Source of the DNA: Eledone cirrhosa
Lineage: Eukaryota
Length of the DNA: 64,000 bases
Direction of reading: 5' to 3'
Assembly (NCBI GenBank): GCA_964016885.1
Contig: OZ024741.1
Span: forward strand, 120,156,001 to 120,220,000
The notes below the pieces were generated by a model, which was given only the letters and a program-made list of their open reading frames with translations, ran no database searches and was not told where the DNA came from. This document shows, piece after piece, positions 51,501 through 61,813 of the stretch. A program made the position numbers and the translations under genes. Each line of letters opens with the position of its first letter. The stretch's first letter is position 1.

Positions 51501-54500
51501 GTTGGTGTTGGTGGTGTTGGTATTGGTGTTGGTGTTGGTAGTGTTGGTGTTGGTGCTGTTCGTGTTCGTGTTCGTGGTGTTGGTGTTGGTGTTGGTGTTG
51601 GTGGTGTTGGCGTTGGTGGTGGTGTTGGTGGTGTTGGTGTTGGTGGTGGTCGTGTTGGTGTTGGTGATGTTCCTGTTCGTGGTGTTGGTGTTGGTGTTGG
51701 TGTTGGTGGTGTTGGTGTTGGTGTTGGTGTTGGTGGTGTTGGTGTTGGTGTTAGTGTTGGTGGTGTTAGTGTTGGTGGTGTTGGTGTTGGTGATGGTGGT
51801 GTTGGTGTTGGTGGTGGTGGTGTTGGTGTTGGTGTTGGTGTTGGTAGTGTTGGTGTTGGTGTTGGATTTGGTGTTGGTGTTGGTGTTGGTGGTATTGGTG
51901 TTGGTAGTGTTTGTGTTGGTGGTGTTGGTGTTGTTGGTGGTGTTGGTGTTGGTGTTGGTGTTGGTGTTGGTGGTGTTGTTGGTGGTGTTGGTATTGGTGT
52001 TGGTGTTGTTGGTGGTATTGGTGTTGGTGTTGTTGGTGTTGGTGTTGGTGTTGTTGGTGTTGGTGGTGTTGGTGTTGGTATTTGTGGTGTTGGTGGTGGT
52101 GGTGTTTGTGTTGGTGGTGTTGGTGGTGTTGTTGGTGTTGGTATTGGTGTTGGTGTTGGTGGTGTTCGTGTTCGTGTTGGTGATGTTGGTGTTGGTGGTG
52201 TTGGTGTTGGTGTTGATGTCGGTGTTGGTGCTGGTGGTGTTGGTGTTGGTGGTATTGGTGTTGGTGTTGTTGGTGTTGGTGTTGGTGTTGTTGGTGTTGA
52301 TGTCGGTGTTGGTGCTGGTGGTGTTGGTGTTGGTGGTGTTGGTGTTGTTGGTGTTGGTGTTGATGTTGGTGGTGTTGGTGTTGGTGGTGTTGGTGTTGGT
52401 GTTGGTGTTGGTGGTGTTGGTGTTGGTGGTGGTGGTTTTGGTGGTGTTGGTGTTGGTGTTGGTGTTGGTGTTGGTGGTGTTGGTGTTGGATTTGGATTTG
52501 GTGTTGGTGTTGGTTGTGTTGGTGGTGTTGGTGGTGTTGGTGGTGTTGGTGTTGATGTTGGTGTTGGTGGTGTTGGTGTTGATGTTGGTGTTGGTGGTGT
52601 TGGTGTTGTTGTTGGTGGTGGTGTTGGTGGTGGTGTTGGTGTTGGTGGTGTTGGTGTTGGTGTTGGTGTTGGTATTGTTGTTGGTGTTGGAGGTGTTGCT
52701 GTTGGTGTTGGTGTGTTTGTGTTGGTGTTCGTGGTGGTGTTGGTGTTGGTGGTGTTAGTGTTGGTGTTGGCGTTTGTGGTGTTGGTGTTGGTGGTGTTGG
52801 TGGTGTTGGTGGTGTTGGTGGTGTTGGTGTTGGTATTGGTGTTGGTGTTGGTGGTGTTGGTGTGGTGGTGTTTGTGTTGCTGTTGTTGGTGGTGTTGGTG
52901 TTGTTGGTGTTGGTGTTGGTGTTGGTGGTGTTGGTGTTGCTGGTGGTGTTGGTGTTGGTGTTGGTATTGTTGTTGGTGTTGGTGTTGGTGTTGTTGGTGT
53001 TGGTGTTGGTGTTGGTGGTGTTGGTGTTGGTGTTGGTGGTGTTGGTGTTTGTGGTGTTGGTGGTGGTGTTGGTGTTGTTGGTGTTGGTATTGGTGGTGTT
53101 GGTATTGTTGTTGGTGTTGGTGGTGTTGGTGTTGGTGGTGTTTGTGGTGTTGGTGGTGGTGTTGGTGTTGTTGGTGTTGGTATTGTTGTTGGTGTTGGTG
53201 GTGTTGGTGTTGGTGGTGTTTGTGGTGTTGGTGGTGGTGTTGGTGTTGGTTGTGTTGGTGTTGGTGGTGTTGGTGTTGGTGTTGGTGTTGGTGATGGTGG
53301 TGTTGGTGTTGGTGGTGGTGTTGGCGTTGGTGGTGTTGGTGTTGGTGTTGGTGGTGTTGGTGTTGGTGTTGGTGGTGTTGGTGTTGGTGGTGTTGGTGTT
53401 GGATTTGGATTTGGTGTTGGTGTTGGTTGTGTTGGTGTTGGTGTTGGTATTGTTGGTTTTGGTGTTGGTGGTGTTTGTGTTGGTGGTGTTGGTGGTGTTG
53501 GTGTTGTTGGTGTTTGTGTTGGTGTTGGTGGTGTTTGTGTTGGTGGTGTTGGTGGTGTTGGTGTTGTTGTTGTTGGTGTTGGTGTTGGTGGTGTTGGTGT
53601 TGTTGGTGTTGGTGTTGGTGTTTGTGGTGTTGGTGTTGGTGGTATTTTTATTGGTGTTGGTGGTGTTGTTGGTGTTGGTATTGGTGTTGGTGTTGGTGGT
53701 GTTCGTGTTCGTGTTTGTGGTGTTGGTGTTGGTGGTGTTGGTGTTGGTGTTGATGTTGGTGTTGGTGGTGTTCGTGTTCGTGTTTGTGGTGTTGGTGGTG
53801 TTGGTGTTGGTAGTGTTGGTGTTGGTGTTGGTGTTGGTGTTGGTGGTGTTGTTGGTGTTGGTGGTGTTGGTATTGGTGTTGGTGTTGGTAGTGTTGGTGT
53901 TGGTGCTGTTCGTGTTCGTGTTCGTGGTGTTGGTGTTGGTGTTGGTGTTGGTGGTGTTGGCGTTGGTGGTGGTGTTGGTGGTGTTGGTGTTGGTGGTGGT
54001 CGTGTTGGTGTTGGTGATGTTCCTGTTCGTGGTGTTGGTGTTGGTGTTGGTGTTGGTGGTGTTGGTGTTGGTGTTGGTGTTGGTGGTGTTGGTGTTGGTG
54101 TTAGTGTTGGTGGTGTTAGTGTTGGTGGTGTTGGTGTTGGTGATGGTGGTGTTGGTGTTGGTGGTGGTGGTGTTGGTGTTGGTGTTGGTGTTGGTAGTGT
54201 TGGTGTTGGTGTTGGATTTGGTGTTGGTGTTGGTGTTGGTGGTATTGGTGTTGGTAGTGTTTGTGTTGGTGGTGTTGGTGTTGTTGGTGGTGTTGGTGTT
54301 GGTGTTGGTGTTGGTGTTGGTGGTGTTGTTGGTGGTGTTGGTATTGGTGTTGGTGTTGTTGGTGGTATTGGTGTTGGTGTTGTTGGTGTTGGTGTTGTTG
54401 GTGTTGGTGGTGTTGGTGTTGGTATTTGTGGTGTTGGTGGTGGTGGTGTTTGTGTTGGTGGTGTTGGTGGTGTTGTTGGTGTTGGTATTGGTGTTGGTGT

Positions 54501-56366
54501 TGGTGGTGTTCGTGTTCGTGTTGGTGATGTTGGTGTTGGTGGTGTTGGTGTTGGTGTTGATGTCGGTGTTGGTGCTGGTGGTGTTGGTGTTGGTGGTATT
54601 GGTGTTGGTGTTGTTGGTGTTGGTGTTGGTGTTGTTGGTGTTGATGTCGGTGTTGGTGCTGGTGGTGTTGGTGTTGGTGGTGTTGGTGTTGTTGGTGTTG
54701 GTGTTGATGTTGGTGGTGTTGGTGTTGGTGGTGTTGGTGTTGGTGTTGGTGTTGGTGGTGTTGGTGTTGGTGGTGGTGGTTTTGGTGGTGTTGGTGTTGG
54801 TGGTGGTCGTGTTGGTGATGTTCCTGTTCGTGGTGTTGGTGTTGGTGTTGGTGTTGGTGTTGGTGTTGGTGGTGTTGGTGTTGGTGTTAGTGTTGGTGGT
54901 GTTGGTGTTGGTGATGGTGGTGTTGGTTTTGGTGGTGGTGGTGTTGGTGTTGGTGTTGGTGTTGGTGTTGGTAGTGTTGGTGTTGGTGTTGGATTTGGTG
55001 TTGGTGTTGGTGTTGGTGGTATTGGTGTTGGTGGTGTTTGTGTTGGTGGTGTTGGTGTTGTTGGTGGTGTTGGTGTTGGTGTTGGTGTTGGTGTTGGTGT
55101 TAGTGGTGTTGTTGGTGGTGTTGGTATTGGTGTTGGTGTTGTTGGTGGTATTGGTGTTGGTGTTGTTGGTGTTGGTGGTGTTGGTGTTGGTGGTGTTGGT
55201 GGTGTTGTTGGTGTTGGTATTGGTGTTGGTGTTTGTGGCGTTGGTGGTGTTCGTGTTCGTGTTGGTGATGTTGGTGTTGGTGGTGTTGGTGTTGGTGTTG
55301 ATGTCGGTGTTGGTGCTGGTGGTGTTGGTGGTGTTGGTGTTGTTGGTGTTGATGTTGGTGGTGTTGGTGTTGGTGGTGTTGGTGTTGGTGGTGGTGTTGG
55401 TGTTGGTGGTGTCGGTGTTGGTGGTGTTGGTGTTGGTGTTGGTGTTGGTGGTGGTGGTTTTGGTGGTGTTGATGTTGGTATTGGTGTTGGTGTTGGTGGT
55501 GTTGGTGTTGGTGGTGTTGGTGTTGGTGTTGGTGTTGGTGGTGTCGGTGTTGGTGGTGTTGGTGTTGGTGGTGTTGGTGTTGGTATTGGTGTTGGTGTTG
55601 GTGGTGGTGGTTTTGGTGTTGGTGTTGGTTTTGTTGGTGTTGTTGGTGTTGGTGTTGGTGTTGGTGGTGTTGGTGTTGGTGGTGTCGGTGTTGGTGGTGT
55701 TGGTGTTGGTGTTGGTGGTGTTGGTGTTGGTGGTGTCGGTGTTGGTGGTGTTGGTGTTGGTATTGGTGTTGGTGTTGGTGGTGGTGGTTTTGGTGTTGGT
55801 GTTGGTTTTGTTGGTGTTGTTGGTGTTGGTGTTGATGTTGGTGTTGGTGGTGTTGGTGTTGGTGTTGGTGGTGTTGGTGTTGGTGTTGGTGGTGTTGGTG
55901 TTGGTGTTGGTAGTGTTGGTGTTGGTGTTGGTGTTGGTGTTGGTGGTGCTGGTGTTGGTGTTGGATTTGGATTTGGTGTTGGTGTTGGTGGTGTTGGTGT
56001 TGGTGTTGGTGGTGTCGGTGTTGGTGTTGTTGGTGTTGGTGTTGGTGTTGGTGGTGTTGGTGTTGGTGTTTGTGTTGGTGGTGTTGGTGTTGGTGTTGGT
56101 GTTGGATTTGGATTTGGTGTTGATGTTGGTGGTGTTGGTGTTGTTGGTGTTGGTGTTGGTGTTGTTGTTGGTGATGTTGGTGTTGGTGGTGTTGGTTTTG
56201 GCGTTGGTGGTGCTGGTGTTGGTGGAGTTGGTGTTGGTGTTACAAACTTTTCAGCAGAGATCAATTCACACACTAAGTGTTGAATTCATGTATTTTCTCG
56301 CTTTGATTGTATATTTTATCTGTTATATTTATAAGGTTCCATGAATTCTATTTTTTTTTTTTTTTT

Positions 56367-56752
56367 GCTGTATCGGTAGAGCGTCAGACGCTATGTTTGC
56401 AGCATAGAGTTACGACTCTTTATGATCTGAGTTCAAATCTTGCCGAGGTGAACTTTACTTTCATCGTTATGGGGTCGATAACATAAAGTACCAGTTACGT
56501 GCAAGGGTCGATTTAATCGACTTTCCCCTCCCCAAAATTGCTGGCCTTGTGCCTATATAAGAAACCATTATTATGGCAGTATCTGTAGAGGGTCGGTCAC
56601 TATGCGTTGCAGCATAGAGTTACTTCCCTTTAAGGTCTGAGTTCAAATCCCGCCGAGGTTAACTTTGCCTTCGTACGGGGTCGATAAAATAAAGTACCAG
56701 TAATGCACTAGGGTAATTGCTGGCTTTGTGCCAAAAGTAGAAACATTTATTA
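56367..56752 (+). mobile_element. Two tandem SINE copies (about 56367-56572 and 56575-56752)
   Basis: Two occurrences of gcagcatagagttac...gagttcaaatc...gtcgata..ataaagtaccag...gctggc(c/t)ttgtgcc. Confidence 0.85.
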
Positions 56753-57091
56753 TAACATCTTACTAATGAATGTTTCTTATAAATGCAAACGAAATAAAGA
56801 AAGACCGTTATATATCTAAATACACACACAAACACATTCAGACATAATTGAAAACAGAAGCAGATCGGAGTAACTTTATAATTGCATCCATACTCATCGT
56901 TCTCTTTTTGGAAGGTGTCCTATTAACGGTACACGTGACTGTAGAATGCTAAGTCACTGGCACGTTTATTTCACGAACAGGGTATTCTGTTAATCAAACA
57001 ACGGAAACCATCATCGTCGGAAGCGACGGAGATCCAACGCATATGCTATGAATAGATGTCTCTTTAATACATGTGTGCGTATTTAATTATT

Positions 57092-57428
57092 TTTTATGTA
57101 TGTGTATAATTGTGTATATATGTTCGTGTGTGTTTATTTGTGTGTGATTCCTTTTTATGTATGTGTGTATATTAGGGTATATATGTTCGTGTATATATGT
57201 GTGTGTGTGTGATTCCTTTTTTATATATGTGTGTATAATTGTGTACATATGTTCGTGTGTATGATTCCTTTTTATGTATGTGTGTATATTAGGGTACATA
57301 TGTTCGTGTGTGTATATGTGTGTGTGATTACTTTTTATGTATGTGTGTATATTAGGGTACATATGTTCGTGTGTGTATATGTGTGTGTGATTCTGTTTTA
57401 TATATGTGTATAATTGTGTATATATGTC
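57092..57428. repeat. Minisatellite, roughly 50-65-bp unit, about 6 copies
   Basis: Repeated ttttatgtatgtgtgtatattagggtacatatgttcgtgtgtgtatatgtgtgtgtgatt. Confidence 0.85.
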
Positions 57429-57472
57429 CATTTTGGGAAGCTAATTCATTGAATTATATTAGGTTATTCAAA

Positions 57473-59130
57473 GGGCGGTGAATTGGCAGCTTCGGTAGAG
57501 CGTCGGACAACATGCTTCACAGCATAGAGTTACGGCCCTTCACGTTCTGAGTTCAAATCTGTGTTGGTGTTGTTGTTGTTGTTGGTGTTGTTGTTGTTGG
57601 TGTTGTTGGTGTTGGTGTTGGTGGTGGTATTAGTGTTGGTGTTGTTGGTGTTGGTGTTGGTGTTGGTATTGATGTTGGTGTTGGTATTGGTGTTGGTGTT
57701 GGTGTTAGTGTTGGTGGTTTTGATGTTGATATTGGTGTTGGTGGTGTTGGTGTTGGTGTTGGTATCGGTGTTGGTGTTGATGTTGGTGTTGGTATTGGTG
57801 TTGGTGTTGGTGTTGGTGTTGGTGGTGTTGATGTTGATGTTGGTGTTGGTGGTGTTGGTGTTGGTGTTGGTGTTGGTATTGGTGTTGGTGTTGATGTTGG
57901 TGTTGGTGTTAGTGTTGGTGGTTTTGATGTTGATATTGGTGTTGGTGGTGTTGGTGTTGGTGTTGGTGTTGATGTTGGTGTTGGTATTGGTGTTGGTATT
58001 GGTGTTGGTGTTGATGTTGGTGTTGGTATTGGTGTTGGTGTTGGTGTTGGTGTTGGTGGTGTTGATGTTGATGTTGGTGTTGGTGGTGTTGGTGTTGGTG
58101 TTGGTGTTGGTATTGGTGTTGGTGTTGGTGTTGGTGGTGTTGATGTTGATGTTGGTGTTGGTGGTGTTGGTGTTGGTGTTGGTATTGGTGTTGGTGTTGT
58201 TGGTGTTGGTGTTGGTGTTGGTATTGGTGTTGGTGTTGGTGTTGGTGTTGGTGGTGTTGATGTTGATGTTGGTGTTGGTGGTGTTGGTGTTGGTGTTGGT
58301 ATTGGTGTTGGTGTTGGTGTTAGTGTTGGTGGTTTTGATGTTGATGTTGGTGTTGGTGGTGTTGGTGGTGTTGGTGTTGGTGTTGGTGTTGGTATTGGTG
58401 TTGTTGTTGGTGTTGGTGGTGTTGATGTTGATGTTGGTGTTGGTGGTGTTGATGTTGGTGTTGGTGTTCGTATTGGTGTTGGTGTTGGTGTTGGTGGTAT
58501 TGATGTTGGTGTTGGTGTTGGTATTGGTGTTGGTGTTGGTGTTGTTGTTGTTGGTGTTGTTGTTGTTGGTGTTGGTATTGGTGTTGGTGTTGGTGGTGTT
58601 GGTGTTTGTGTTGGTGGTGTTGATGTTGGTGTTAGTGTTGGTGTTGGTGTTGTTGTTGTTGGTGTTGGTGTTGGTATTGGTGTTGGTGTTGGTGTTGGTG
58701 GTGTTGGTGTTGGTGTTGGTATTGGTGTTGTTGGTGTTGGTGTTGGTAGTGTTGGTGTTGGTGTTGGTGGTGTTGGTGTTGGTGTTGGTGGTGTTGGTGT
58801 TGGTGTTGGTATTGGTTGTGTTGGTGTTGGTATTGATGTTGGTGGTGTTGGTGTTGGTGTTGGTGGTGTTGGTGGTGTTGGTGTTGGTGTTGGTGTTGGT
58901 GGTGTTGGTGTTGGTATTGATGTTGGTGGTGTTGGTGTTGGTGTTGGTGGTGTTGGTGTCACAGCATAGCGTTACGGCCCTTCACGTCCTGAGTTCAAAT
59001 CTTACCGACGTTAACTTTCCCTTTCATCCTTCCGGTGTGAATAAAATAATGTACCAGTCATGTAGTGGAGTTGATGTAATTGACTTTAGCCTCCCCTAAA
59101 ATTGTTGGCTGTGTCTAAATCAGAAACCAT
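57473..59130 (+). mobile_element. SINE split by a satellite block (5' part 57473-57560; 3' part 58959-59130)
   Basis: tRNA-like head to the left of the array; Deu/Nin domain and tail to the right; 44 bp present on both sides. Confidence 0.8.
57561..58958. repeat. 1.4-kb (GGTGTT)n-like satellite block, rich in GAT/ATT variants
   Basis: Direct reading; same strand polarity as the main array. Confidence 0.95.
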
Positions 59131-59132
59131 TG

Positions 59133-60120
59133 TATTAGGTTGTACGGAAATTGACACGGGGTTTTTATTTGTTTCAATATTTAAAATAATAAAAACTCAC
59201 AAGGTTATTTTTAAGCTTATTTTATGCCCTTTCCTTCTATGTAATTTATTTTTATTATTTTTAAAATATAATGCAATTTTTTTTTTTTCACATCTTTGGT
59301 TTCAAAACTTCCGTAATGGCGAATTCACACTTAAAGATAAGGAACGTCGAGGACGTTCTTCTGCCATTAACGACGATGAATCGAATGCATTGGTGGAAGC
59401 AAATCCCCGCACAACTGTTCGAGAGCTTGCAAGAGAACTAGATGAAGCAGTGGGACATTTGAACCGAATTGGAAAGTGGAAGAAGATTGAAAAATGAGTG
59501 CTACACGTATTGAACGATAACGAGAAAAATTGTCGTTACGCAACAAAAACTACCCATTTTTTCAACTCATTGTGTCGTACGATAAAGAGTCGATTCTATA
59601 CAACTGATGACATTTAGCACAGTGTTTGGACTGAGATGAATCTCCTAAACACTCCTCAAACCTGGAATTGCACCAAAATAAAAAGTTATGATAACTGTTT
59701 GGAGGTCCGGAGCCGGATTAATCCACCACAACTTTCTAAATCCTGGTGAAACAACACAGCAGAATAGCATAGTCACAATATCAATGAAATGCGTGAAAAT
59801 GTGCAGGGTAAATGTCCGGCATTGGTCAGTAGAAAAGATCCAGTCCTCTTGCACGACAACGTTCGACCACATATTGTACAATCAATGCTCTAAACTTTGA
59901 ATGAATTGGACTATACCTCATCCAGCATACTCACCGGACCTTTCACCAACTGACTACCTCTTTTTAAAGCATTTCGACAACCTCCTCAACAACCAAATAG
60001 CTAGAAAAAAATGACTTCAAAGAATTCATCACCTCAAGAACTTTAACATTCTACGTTACTGAAATAAACCTCTAATTTGTTGGTAAAAAAATGTGTAGAT
60101 TCTAATTGGATCACTATTTC
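59133..60120 (+). mobile_element. Mariner (Mos1/Hsmar-type) DNA transposon relic
   Basis: TA-ttaggttg TIR-like start; WFQNFRNGEFTLKDKERRGR..VEANPRTTVRELA; EK*VLHVL (WVPHEL relic); PHPAYSPDLSPTDY near 59917-59960; right TIR not seen. Confidence 0.85.
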
Positions 60121-60214
60121 GTATGCATGTATGTTTGTATGTATGCATGTATACTTGTATGTACGTTTACATGCATATATGTATGTATGATTGTGTGCAT
60201 GAATAAGGTATGTA

Positions 60215-60715
60215 TATCAGGTCACTCTTCACGCTACTGGTAACATGTAACCCAGCACAACCTGTGCATAATTGGGTCGTCGGTGACTAAACCGGCAACC
60301 CTCTAAGCTTGCTTGGTGAGGAGGAGGATTTGGGACACCCTGCGGGATGAAAAACAAAACCCGTCACGGCCATCCAATAATGTTTTGTTTTTTTTTCGTG
60401 GAGCGAGAGGCTCCTCGTTTTCATTAAGACATCTCTCTGGGAGAAGTTCGCTTTCATATAGAACCTGCCACTTTGTTTGCATCCAATAATGAGGGCAAAT
60501 GCTTCGATGTTCAGAGAGTGGGATTGGCCTCGTACAAATCTTTCCTTAGTTAAAAAAGCTTCAAAAACAGGCATTACTTGATATGTGACAATTTTTGCGA
60601 TGTATGGTATTGCTGGCCATAGGCAAGTCCCTAGCAGGGCTAAAAAGCCACGTCCGTGTTGCTCATGCTTAAGTATCAAGCGATGGCATTACTCGAAATC
60701 GAATTCCAGCCCTCA
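60215..60715 (+). mobile_element. Short LINE-derived repeat between (TATG)n tracts; 3' part paralogous to 14165-14510
   Basis: Ends KSLAGLKSHVRVAHA*, then ggcattactcgaaatcgaa and (TATG)n at 60716-60872. Confidence 0.62.
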
Positions 60716-60809
60716 TATATGTATGTATGAATGTATGAATGTATGTATGTATGCATATATGCATGTATGTATGTATATATGTATATATGTATATATGTAA
60801 ATATGTATG

Positions 60810-60841
<32 letters not shown>

Positions 60842-60871
60842 TGTATGCATGTATGTATGTATGTATGTATG

Positions 60872-61689
60872 TACTCTCTTGTCTTCTTTATGCCTGCGAG
60901 ACCTGGGTCACATATCGACACCACCTTAAGCAATTGGAGCGTTTCCATCAGATGTGTCTCAGACGGATCCATGGCGTTCACTGGAGGGACCACATCAGTG
61001 ATGTCGAGATTTTGGAAAGCTCTATGTGTGACAGTATAGAAGCTCTTGTGCTTAAGCAACGACTCCGTTGGAGTGGTCACCTTGCCAGGATGAAGGATTC
61101 TAGAATACCAAAACAACTCTTCTATGGAGAGTTGGTTAAAGGAAAACGACCGCCACATAAACCCAAAAAGAGGTATAAGGATTCCTTGAAAGCCTCTCTG
61201 AAAGACGCTAACATATCTGCTGATACATGGGAGAATATTGCTGCTGATCGTAATAAATGGAGAAAGACTGTATATGAGGGAAAAGTTGCCTTTGAGGCAT
61301 CTCGAATCGCACACGAGAAAGTAAAGCGGGATGTGAGGAAGGGCATTGCTGTTGCACTTCCAGACGGCGAGGGTCCTCCTATGGTGCTGACATGCAGCGT
61401 CTGTGCGAGACTCTGCTTAAGCAAAGCTGGACTCGAAAGTCATCTTCGCAGTCATAAAGTAAGACCAATGGTTGACTACCAGGCTGCTGTTGGAGATGCT
61501 ACTCATCATGCTTGCCAAACATGTGGTAGAGAATGTAAATCAGCAGGAGGGCTCAAGTGACATGCAAAAGTACACGAACTCCAACCACAGCCGACTATTC
61601 CCAGTGAATGTTTTGGTTGCCGACTCTGTGCAAGATATTGTAGATCATTGGCTGGGCTAAAAAGCCACATTCGATCGCAGCACTGTTAG
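60872..61689 (+). pseudogene. RTE-clade LINE ORF 3' fragment with three C2H2 zinc fingers
   Basis: [37 protein letters not shown]; CSVC..HLRSH, CQTC..K*HAKVH, CRLC..HIRSQH; (TG)n tail. Confidence 0.88.
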
Positions 61690-61813
61690 TTGTTATCGTG
61701 TGTGTGTGTAGATATGCTTATGTGCGTGCGTGTGTGTGTATATATATATGAATATGTATATCATTATTGTTGTTGTCGTTATTATTATTATTGCTATTAT
61801 TATTATTATTATT

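Larger units (their letters stand above)
19210..56241. repeat. About 37-kb (GGTGTT)n-like GGT/GTT triplet satellite with higher-order repeats
   Basis: Plus strand almost purely G/T; recurring variant landmarks (ggatttggattt, gttcgtgttcgt, gatagcggta, gttgagttgg); degenerate left edge, sharp right edge. Confidence 0.97.

Noticed and set aside
19210-56241. Telomere or CRISPR-like array
   Set aside because: No TTAGGG runs, the array is internal with ordinary sequence on both sides, and there is no constant-repeat/unique-spacer structure
19332-56344. Giant ORFs (3827-aa GV, 1944-aa PT, poly-VL, poly-WC) as a mucin or structural protein gene
   Set aside because: Several frames on both strands are open simply because GGT/GTT repeats lack stops. 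The PT frame is broken by frameshifts, TAA codons (e.g. 27718) and LTR insertions. There are no unique terminal domains, and by eye the wobble base is the least variable position. A spliced mucin exon cannot be fully excluded without RNA data.
57170-57360. TTAGGG hexamers as interstitial telomere
   Set aside because: Single hexamers inside a minisatellite unit, never in tandem
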